DNA of 64,000 nucleotides from Eledone cirrhosa (Eukaryota): NCBI GenBank assembly GCA_964016885.1, contig OZ024744.1, positions 44,454,001 to 44,518,000 of the forward strand, read 5' to 3'. Shown piece by piece: positions 42,039 to 55,640 of this stretch (position 1 is its first letter; each line of letters starts with the position of its first letter). The notes under the pieces were generated by a model. It saw only the letters and a program-made list of their open reading frames with translations, ran no database searches and was not told where the DNA came from. The position numbers and the translations under genes were made by a program.

Positions 42039-45000
42039 ATGACCTCACTCAGAATAGGCAGCATAAATGCGCGTGGCTTGAGGTCGTCATGGAAGCAGGG
42101 CCACCTGCTCAACGACCTCAGCTCACTAAACATAGATGTAGTGGCCATCAGCGAGACCAGAATCTCCGAAGCACGGGCTTTCGCACCGATCTTCGGCGGC
42201 TACGATGTGTACGCATCTCCCAGCCGTCCGGTATCGGGGGGAGGAGTTGCTGTGCTTTTTCGGAGAAGTTTGGATCTTGCCATACGGGCCATCTTCCTGG
42301 ACCCAGAAGGTAAGTTGGTGGTGCTGGACGTGACCAGCGGAGACGGGCAAGCTTTCATGTTAGTGGCCGTCTATGCCCCGACAGGAGCAGGGCGGCCTGA
42401 TTTCTTCCGGCGTCTGGAGAACCTTTCTTGGAACGTCCCGCTCTTTAGTGTTAGTGGGCGACTGGAACGGGTTCTTAGACGCACGCTGGGATTGTGTGGG
42501 ATTAGTGGATAGGGAAGGAGGGTGCAAGAGTCTCACCAACCTGCTCAGACGTTTTGAACTGTCTGACAGGTACCGATTGGATTTCCCGAATGTGCCAATG
42601 TGGACTTAGGCAAATCGCATAGGGTCATCCAGATCATATCTAGATAGAGTATTTTGTAGGGAAATAGATAGGTCTAGCATAGGCTGTCCACAATTCAAGA
42701 TAGTCAGCTACACGGACCACAAATTCGTGATCTGTGTGGTTGACTTAGATAGGCTTCATAGACGAGGCCCCGGCTACTGGAAGCTAAACGCGTCCTTACC
42801 AGCGCGCAAGGCCTACAGAGACCGGATTAGCGAACTAGTTAAGCGGGCGTTGAGGGGGGCCATCGTGAACTACAAGTGGTTGTTTGCTCTGAAAAGAGCG
42901 ATTAGAATAGAGTCCATTAGGTTTAGTAAGGCTTTAGCAATAGAGAAAAATAGAGCAGAGGGAGAACTAGTTAGAAAATTAGACGAGCCGCTTAGCAAAG
43001 GCCGACGTACTTGCGGCGAAATTGGCCCATGACCAATTTTTCAATGCAAAGCACGAAGGCTGCGTTGTCAGAGCTAGGGTGCGTGCTCTCAGACATGAGG
43101 GGAAGAAAGCCGTTCAATGGGCCCGAGTGGCGGAGGCGCGTCGTGGCAACAAAGCCACGATCCGGTCTTTGGTGGACCACGACGGGCGCATGCTACTCGA
43201 TCCCGGGCAAATGTGTGAAGCTTTTCAGCGACACTTCGCACAGCTGTTCGGGGGCAGCGGCGGGCCGGATCGAGGGATGGACTTTAGTGTCTACCTCGAC
43301 GGACTGCCGCGGCTCTCGGCCACAGACGCGGAGGGTTGCGAAAAGCCGATAACAGCAGCTGAAGTGTCGGAGGCAATGACTGGCTGCACAAGGGGTAAAT
43401 CGCCTGGTTTGGATTGTCTCCCCTATGAACTTTACGTACAGATGCCAGACTTCTTAGGAGGCCTCTTGGCGGAGGTCTACTGCAACTGGCAACAGAACGG
43501 GAGAATTCCCAGCTCTGTGAGCCGAGGAGCTGTGGCGCTGCTGAGAAAGGATCCGAACAAGGGGGATAACATAGATAATTTCAGGCCCATAACTCTGCTA
43601 AACACAGAGTTCAAGATTTTGGCCAATGTGCTAGCAAAGAGGTTGGCGCTTGTCGTTGGTGGTCTGGTGGGAGAGGCGCAGACATGCGCCATTCCCGACA
43701 GATCCATCCACGACAACCTCCACCTCATGCGATACATCGTAGAGAGGGTAGCTAGGGAACATGGCACGGGTGGTTCCTTGATCAATTTAGATCAGTCGAA
43801 AGTTTTCGATAGGGTCGACCATCGTTACCTAGCAGCAGTCCTGAGGGCGGCTGGCTTTGGGCCCGTCATCAGAGGCTGGATCGCTGCCATGCACAGCGAC
43901 ATCTGCTCTGTGGTGAGAGTGAACAGTCACCTTTCGGAACCGTTCAACATCATGCGCTCGGTCCGCCAAGGATGTCCCATCTCATCCCCCTTGTACGTAT
44001 TGACTCTCGAGCTATTACTGCACAAACTGGAGACGTTGAGAGGGGTCCCGCACGAACTAGGATTCGGAAGATCCGTGTCAGCATATGCGGACGATGTCAC
44101 CGTAGTGGTGTCGAACGCCAAACACATCGAGGCGATCGGCACTACACTAAAAGAATACGAAGCGGTGACAGGGGCAATGATCAACCAGGAAAAGTCAGTG
44201 GGCCTGCAGCTCGGCACCTGGAGAGGCAGGTCCATGCCGTCCAACAGCGTCGTCGGGCGCTGGACGGACGGACAGGTTAAATTGCTAGTGGTCTGGTTCT
44301 GTCCGGACCTCCAGACGGACAAAAACTGGGACGAGGTGACGAGCAGGGTGGCTTCTCTCACCCAGAAATGGGCCGAGAGGAAGCTATCCCTGAAAGGTCG
44401 AGCGGAGGTGGCTAACGCGTACATCGCGTCCGCCTAACCGTCGTACCCTGTCCTAAGCCCCGCCTGGAGTGTTTGCTCTTTCGCTTTTTGTGGAAGGGAC
44501 GCGCTCCGATCGTCAGGCGGTCCATCTGCTGTCAACACCCGCTACGTGGAGGTCTGGGCATGCCGTGGAGGGGAAGAGCGACGACGTACTTGGAGAAACT
44601 CTAGGCGTCGACGAAAATCAACTAGCCAATCTTTTCGGAAGGACTTACGGGCCGGGGCCTATGGACAATTTCCAGAAATCCCTGGCCTGGCAGTGCTACC
44701 GGGGAGCTCTGCCAGTTCGGGATAAACTCTACAGGCATGGAGGTGCCGTCAGTCGGGCATGTCCGAGATGCGCGCAGGGCGACGAAACCGTCCTGCACGC
44801 ACTCGTCCAGTGTCCGAGCATTGCTGACTTATGGGTTTATGTCGAACACCTGCTGTCACGTGTAGGACGGATCCAGCTATCAGCTGAGTCCATCGTGAGG
44901 ATTGCCCCGTCCTCTTCTTTTAGCCGGGAAGGGCAGGCAGTTTTTATCTGTCTGGTGGCCATGGCGAAAGAGATAGTATGGTGGACACGTTTGAAAGGGC

Positions 45001-45176
45001 TGAAGACGAGCACTTACCTCTTCGGCGATGCCCTGATTAACTTTTTCAAATTTCATTTGAAAAGGAAAATCAGGGTAGAGAGGGAAGTGCTCTCTTCCCA
45101 GCATTTTGTTGAAAGATGGGTGAGAGAGGCGAGAATGGCCCGAGTGAATGGGCCTACTCTGAGTGTGTGTCTGTAA
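42039..45176 (+). pseudogene. LINE ORF2: apurinic-like endonuclease, reverse transcriptase and zinc finger; frameshifted
   Basis: SINARGL, DVVAISET, LVGDWN, KSPGLD, NFRPITLLNTEFKI, DQSKVFDRVDH, SVRQGCP, AYADD, CPRC...ETVLHALVQCP. Frameshifts near 42425 and 43000, a stop near 42607 and deletions near 44433 and 44567. Confidence 0.92.
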
Positions 45177-45434
45177 ATTAAAGGTGGAAAACTGGGAGAG
45201 GGCACTTGCCCTGGTGGTCAGGGTCACTGTGGCTTTTTTTATGGGCTTTCTCCACGAATGTCCCTCGGAAGTCTCCCCCCCCCCCCACCTATTGGGGAAT
45301 TTTTTCATTGTTCTATTATTACATCCTCTGTTTCTTGTTTTTTACACGCAGAAATACCCATTTGTACCGTCCTGTATTGTCCTGTACTGTCCTTAATGTC
45401 TACATTATGTAAACCCTTGCGGTTAATAAAGAAA

Positions 45435-45492
<58 letters not shown>

Positions 45493-45505
45493 GCTAACTA
45501 CTTAC

Positions 45506-45668
45506 AAACAATGAGCTGCTGTGAGTACGTGCGTGGAATCAATGAGGCTACCACCACAGGATTTGTAGGTTGTGTTGTCGTGGGCTTTCATCACTTCCAA
45601 GTGGACAATTGAAGGGAACTCACATTTACCAGCGGCTGATCCATTTACCATATGCTGGTTAGTTGGCA
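45506..45668 (-). CDS. S1 serine protease exon: propeptide end, mature N-terminus and catalytic His (not in the ORF track)
   Basis: Acceptor ttattttcctccgtttcaaatAG, TG plus 53 codons PTNQH-MVNGSAAGKCEFPSIVHLEVMKAHDNTTYKSCGGSLIDSTHVLTAAHC plus TT, then donor GTAAGT. CGGSLI and LTAAHC are diagnostic. Confidence 0.93.
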
Positions 45669-45708
45669 CTATTTGAAACGGAGGAAAATAACATGAAATA
45701 CATTATAA

Positions 45709-45935
<227 letters not shown>

Positions 45936-46181
45936 TGTGTGTGTGTATGTATGTATGCATGTATATATACACACACACACATATATATATATTTATATGT
46001 ATCAGTGTAGAGAGAAATACACATAAAAATAAGTGTTCAATCATAAGGGATAAAAAGCCACTAGTGTGACGAAATGTGTTCCTTGATCTCATTAAATTAT
46101 AGGATATTACTGTGAGGTTTTAACTCGACTTTATATATATATATAATTCACAAGAATCAAAGCCATGTTCAAAGCATTTAT

Positions 46182-46231
46182 TCACTTACAATTGTTTCAT
46201 CCAAACCTAGGCTTGGTGTCTTCAGAGCATT
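46182..46231 (-). ncRNA. Solo type I hammerhead-like motif
   Basis: Minus strand: ATGCT-CTGAAGA-CA-CCAAGCC-TA-GGTTTGG-AT-GAAA-CAATTG-TA-AGTGA. Core boxes are intact and stem III is palindromic, but stem I is only about 4 bp. Confidence 0.55.
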
Positions 46232-46591
46232 TTTCAATGTTTGTACACATAATTGACCTCCTTTCCAACGCAAGAGACATACAGATACATATATATATAA
46301 TGATGTACAGTGGAGTGACTTATATTATATTATATTATTTCTGTATAGCAATTCAAATTCAAAATCAAAATCAAAATTAAAATTAAAACAAAATTAAAAC
46401 AAAATTAAAATACATTCGGCATTTAACACAGATAATGCAAGAGGATAGTTTGTTAGTCAGATGTTCTTACATTGAGTTATTTATCTTACTGGTAATAAGA
46501 TAGTAATAAATTACTGACCTTCACTGTTTAGAGTTTAAAATATACATAACTATAAAAAGTTTTAGTATATACTTAACCATAAATAGTATTC

Positions 46592-46708
<117 letters not shown>

Positions 46709-46820
46709 TTGAAATAAAATGAAAACGAAATTTCATTTCTCACTCTTAGTACGGCACTTACTTAAATGTAAGTATGTGTGTATACGTACATACATATATG
46801 TATACAGACGTACAGTAGCA

Positions 46821-46885
<65 letters not shown>

Positions 46886-47034
46886 GTACACATACATATA
46901 TGCACGTATCAGTTTAGCGGACGCTTATTATAACGCCGCTTTGTTCATTTGTAAACAAACTGAACAGCCTGAATTTTTATGCCGTACGGTGTTAAGGCAA
47001 CCACGTCACATTTTTGTTCAACACTGACACAGGA

Positions 47035-47077
47035 ACGATGTACTAGTTTCAAGCTTGTTAGCTATCATCAGCACCGT
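47035..47077 (-). ncRNA. Type I hammerhead ribozyme
   Basis: Minus strand: ACGGTG CTGATGA T AGCT AACA AGCT T GAAA CTAG TA CATCGT. Confidence 0.82.
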
Positions 47078-47313
47078 ATACCCATCTGCCAGATAGTTGA
47101 CCGTTCTAAAGTATATACTTTCCTTATGAAAATTAACGGCTGAGCAGCCTAATTTGCATATCGAGTGAGCTAAGCCGGTCAGGCATACCGAAAACGATAA
47201 GTTGAAATAAAATGAAAACGAAATTTCATTTCTCACTCTTAGTACGGCACTTACTTAAATGTAAGTATGTGTGTATTCGTACATACATATATGTATACAG
47301 ACGTACAGTAGCA

Positions 47314-47355
<42 letters not shown>

Positions 47356-47506
47356 CAGGTACACATACATATATGCACTATCAGTTTAGCGGACGCTTAT
47401 TATAACGCCGCTTTGTTCGTTTGTAAACAAACTGAACAGCCTGAATTTTTATGCCGTACGGTGTTAAGGCAACCACGTCACCTTTTTGTTCAACACTGAC
47501 ACAGGA

Positions 47507-47549
47507 ACGATGTACTAGTTTCAAGCTTGTTAGCTATCATCAGCACCGT
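47507..47549 (-). ncRNA. Type I hammerhead ribozyme, second copy
   Basis: Identical core 472 bp from the first copy. Confidence 0.82.
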
Positions 47550-47788
47550 ATACCCATCTGCCAGATAGTTTACCGTTCGAAAGTATATACTTTCCTTATG
47601 AAAATTAACGGCTGAGCAGCCTAATTTGCATATCGAGTGAGCTAAGTCGGTCAGGCATACCGAAAACGATAAGTTGAAATAAAATGAAAACGAAATTTCA
47701 TTTCTCACTCTTAGTACGGCACTTACTTAAATGTAAGTAAGTGTGTATACCTACATACATATATGTATACAGACGTACAGTAACATGC

Positions 47789-47927
<139 letters not shown>

Positions 47928-48034
47928 CAGGTACACATACATATATGCACTATCAGTTTAGCGGACGCTTATTATAACGCCGCTTTGTTCGTTTTGACGT
48001 ACATGGGGGTCGAACCCACATATTTGTTTAACCG

Positions 48035-48106
48035 GATGTGTTGGTGTAAATGGTAGCACAGTGGTCCGGATAACCAAAGATGTGGGTTCGACTCCCATGT
48101 ACGTCA
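48035..48106 (+). other. tRNA-like cloverleaf (SINE head or tRNA pseudogene)
   Basis: GATGTGT/GTACGTC acceptor (three G.U), D arm GTGT..GCAC, TGGT-CCGGATA-ACCA, T arm GTGGG-TTCGACT-CCCAT. A-box TGGTGTAAATGG and B-box GGTTCGACTCC. Anticodon loop lacks U33. Confidence 0.65.
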
Positions 48107-48324
48107 ATACTCATCTTTTCCCATTTCTCCAAGGGTTCTTAAACCCACTATCAGGCTAAATAATTTCTTTTATTTCTTTAGTCAAAATATGGCGATAGCT
48201 TACATTTCTAATAATATATATATATATATATATAGCAATAATAATAATAATAAATTTGAAGACTAAAACCCAAAGAGGGCTCGATAAGGATAAATATATA
48301 TCAAATGTATAAGAACCGTAGAGC

Positions 48325-49512
48325 AAATATTTATTAAAATAACAGATTAAAGTTTAAGCAAAGAATCGCTGCTTTCACCCTGAACCGGATCTTCTGAAAC
48401 TAACAAAGTCAATCTGTGAACGCAGAAGTGAATATTTCAAAAAACGTTGCAACCGGAGGAAGACAGGAAGACGATACTTTGGTTCGTGGAAACGTTCCCT
48501 GGCAAAGAACGGGAAAAAACGAATATAATACGTCATTATTTGGAGCGGTGAAAAACAATTACACGCAAAGACAAAACCACGTTTATGGTATAAAAGAAGT
48601 CGTAGACTAATATTCTATTAGGTGGTTCATAGAGACGTTCTCTGGCAATGAACGAAAAAAACGAAGATAATACGTCATATGTGGAGCGGGGAGAACAATT
48701 GCACGCAAAGACAAAACCACGTAAATGGTATAACTGAAGTCGTAGACTTATTTATATACGTTTATTTAATTATATGTTTACACGCACACACACACACATA
48801 TATATATATTTTTATTTTATATATATTATTATGTGTATTTGGTGTATAAATTCGTATGCGTGTGGGTACAGGCGTTGGGGTGGGTTCTGTATGTGCGTAC
48901 GGGGTTTTTTTTTGTTTGTTTTCTTTTGCGTACGTGCGTGTATTTGTATACCTATGGCGAGTGTTTTCGCGTATGCTTGTGTATGTACGTATATGGATGC
49001 GTGTATGTATTTATTTAATTTCATTTACCTCTGTATTTTATTTACTTTATTCTTAACTCTGAAGCCGAGAATCATTCGGTTTCCTAGTTAGAATGTTAGT
49101 CTACGACTTCAGTTATACCATTTACGTGGTTTCGTCTTTGCGTGCAATTGTTCTCCACGCTCCACATATGACGTATTATCTTCGTTTTTTCCGTTCATTG
49201 CCAGAGAACGTCTCTATGAACCACCTAATACAATATTAGTCTACGACTTCTTTTATACCATAAACGTGGTTTTGTCTTTGCGTGTAATTGTTTTTCACCG
49301 CGCCAAATAATGACGTTTTATATTCGTTTTTTCCCGTTCTTTGCCAGGGAACGTTTCCACGAACCGAAGTATCGTCTTCCTGTCTTCCTCCGGTTGCAAC
49401 GTATTTTGAAATATTCACTTCTGCGTTCACAGATTGACTTTGATAGTTTCAGAAGATCCCGTTAAGGGTGAAAGCAGCGATTCTTTGCTTCAACTTTAAT
49501 CTGTTATTTTAA

Positions 49513-49519
<7 letters not shown>
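48325..49519. repeat. Inverted repeat pair (~425-bp arms, 48325-48749 and 49098-49519)
   Basis: Near-identical spurious ORF MNAEVNISK... on + at 48416 and on - at 49236-49430. Confidence 0.9.
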
Positions 49520-49544
<25 letters not shown>

Positions 49545-49576
49545 AGAATATTTTCGAAACAGCGAGTGGGTTTGAA

Positions 49577-49906
49577 ATTATTAGAATTGTAAGCTATCGC
49601 CGTATTTTGACTAAAGAAATAAAAGAAATTATTTAGCCTGATAGCGGGGTTAAGAACCCTCGGAGAAATGGAAAAAGATGAGTTTTGACGTACATGGGGG
49701 TCGAACCCACATATTTGGTTAACCGGATGTGTTGGTGTAAATGGTAGCACAGTGGTCCGGATAACCAAGGATGTGGGTTCGACTCCCATGTACTTCAATA
49801 CTCATCTTTTCCCATTTCTCCGAGGGTTCTTAAACCCACTATCAGGCTAAATAATTTCTTTTATTTCTTTAGTCAAAATATGGCGATAGCTTACATTTTT
49901 AATAAT
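49577..49906. mobile_element. Palindromic tRNA-headed element (arms ~150 bp), tRNA-like part at 49726-49797
   Basis: 49577-49727 is approximately the reverse complement of 49756-49906. A partial copy lies at 47994-48215. Confidence 0.75.
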
Positions 49907-50019
49907 ATATATATATATATATATATATAGCAATAATAATAATAATAAATTTGAAGACTAAAATCCAAAGAGGGCTCGATAAGGATAAATATATATCAAA
50001 TGTATAAGAACCGTAGAGC

Positions 50020-50881
50020 AAATATTTATTAAAATAACAGATTAAAGTTTAAGCAAAGAATCGCTGCTTTCACCCTGAACCGGATCTTCTGAAACTAACA
50101 AAGTCAATCTGTGAACGCAGAAGTGAATGTTTCAAAAAACGTTGCAACCGGAGGAAGAGAGGAAGACGATACTTTGGTTCGTGGAAACGTTCCTTGGCAA
50201 AGAACGGAAAAAAACAAAGATAATACGTCATTATTTGGAGCAGTGATATGTACTGGGTAATTGCTGGCCTTGTGCCTAAAGTAGAAACAATTATTTGGAG
50301 CGGTGAAAAACAATTACACGCAAAGACAAAACCACGTTTATGGTATAAATGAAGTCGTAGACTAATATTCTATTAGGTCATTCAAGGAGACCTTCTCTGG
50401 CAATGAACGGAAAGAAACGAAGATAATACGTCATTATGTGGACCGGTGAGAACAATTCCTAGTTAGAATTTTAGTCTACGACTTCAGCTATACCATTTAC
50501 GTGCTTTTGTCTTTGCGTGCAATTGTTCTTCACGCTCCACATATGACGTATTATCTTCGTTTTTTCCGTCCATTGCCAGAGAACGTCTCTATGAACCACC
50601 TAAGAGAACATTAGTCTACTACCTCTTTTATACCATAAACGTGGTTTTGTCTTTGCGTGTAATTGTTTTTCACCGCTCCAAATAATGACGTATTATATTC
50701 GTTTTTTCCCGTTCTTTGCCAGGGAACGTTTCCACGAACCAAAGTATCAATTTCCTGTCTTCCTCCGGTTGCAACGTATTTTGAAATATTCACTTCTGCG
50801 TTCACAGATTGACTTTGTTAGTTTCAGAAGATCCGGTTCAGGGTGAAAGCAGCGATTCTTTGCTTAAAATTTAATCTGTTA

Positions 50882-50890
<9 letters not shown>
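50020..50890. repeat. Second inverted repeat pair of the same family (arms ~50020-50457 and ~50474-50890)
   Basis: Direct duplicate of 48325-49519 with most of the spacer deleted. Confidence 0.88.
50247..50295 (+). mobile_element. SINE 3'-tail-only insertion with 17-bp target-site duplication
   Basis: ATTATTTGGAGC(A/G)GTGA flanks TATGTACTGGGTAATTGCTGGCCTTGTGCCTAAAGTAGAAACA. Absent from the paralogous site near 48535. Confidence 0.85.
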
Positions 50891-50923
<33 letters not shown>

Positions 50924-51192
50924 CATACAGTTTTGCAAGAGATGTCAACATGAATGGACCTGTTATTTTTATCTAAATACATTTTTTCCAATTCCAACCC
51001 GCCCGTCCCCTCAATCTATTTTATTTCTTATTCTTACTTCTTATGAAGGACTAGCGTCCGAAACGTTAAGACACTCTTCCTGCTATATCAAGCGTTAACC
51101 TAATGTATCCCTTCTAAATACTGTACCGATTGTGTTGTTTACCTTTTACACACACACACAAACACACAAACACACAAACACACACACACACA

Positions 51193-51271
<79 letters not shown>

Positions 51272-51347
51272 CGAAGGAAATGTGGTAAGGAACCAGGTGG
51301 ACCATAACGCACCAAAGTACTCAATACTTGAGGTAGTAGAGTGGGTA

Positions 51348-51465
51348 ATAGGAACCAGTAAGACCCCGACAGCTGAGCTCAAGCCGTTTCGACGGCTAAT
51401 TCTGGACTAAGAATTAGCCGTCGAAACGGCTTGAGCTCAGCTGTCGGGGTCTTACTGGTTCCTAT
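51348..51465. repeat. Perfect 56-bp-arm hairpin (6-nt spacer) containing the 3' half of a hammerhead
   Basis: 51348-51403 is the exact reverse complement of 51410-51465. Confidence 0.9.
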
Positions 51466-51479
51466 ATATATATATATAT

Positions 51480-51604
<125 letters not shown>

Positions 51605-51733
51605 GATAAATCTACCAAGAGTTTACGGTAGTGTCCAATCCGTATGAAGAACTCAATGTAATCCGGATATCATGGAAAGAAGAGATGCAATGAAAAATCA
51701 CTTTCGGTGAAAGATAAACGGGATACAGAGTCA

Positions 51734-55640
<3,907 letters not shown>

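Larger units (their letters stand above)
39814..45490 (+). mobile_element. Near full-length L1/Tx1-type LINE (copy 2), disrupted
   Basis: 5' UTR, ORF1, ORF2 (APE endonuclease, GPGYWKLN, RT, Cys-rich C-terminus), AATAAA and (ATT)n tail at 45437-45490. Confidence 0.93.

Noticed and set aside
45940-46560. Candidate signal-peptide exon of the protease
   Set aside because: I could not identify an ATG-initiated hydrophobic segment ending in a convincing phase-1 GT donor.
48035-48106. Functional tRNA-Ser(GGA)
   Set aside because: No U33, no long variable arm, many G.U pairs, and it is embedded in a duplicated palindromic repeat.
48416-48610. Repeated 64-aa ORF MNAEVNISK...
   Set aside because: Recurs only because the repeat is duplicated and inverted; GTG start and no recognisable domain.
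49444-49482. Hammerhead-like CAGAAGA-T-CCC-GTTAA-GGG-T-GAAA
   Set aside because: All four copies have CAGA rather than CUGA, with no UH site after stem III and no convincing stem I. At most a remote relic.
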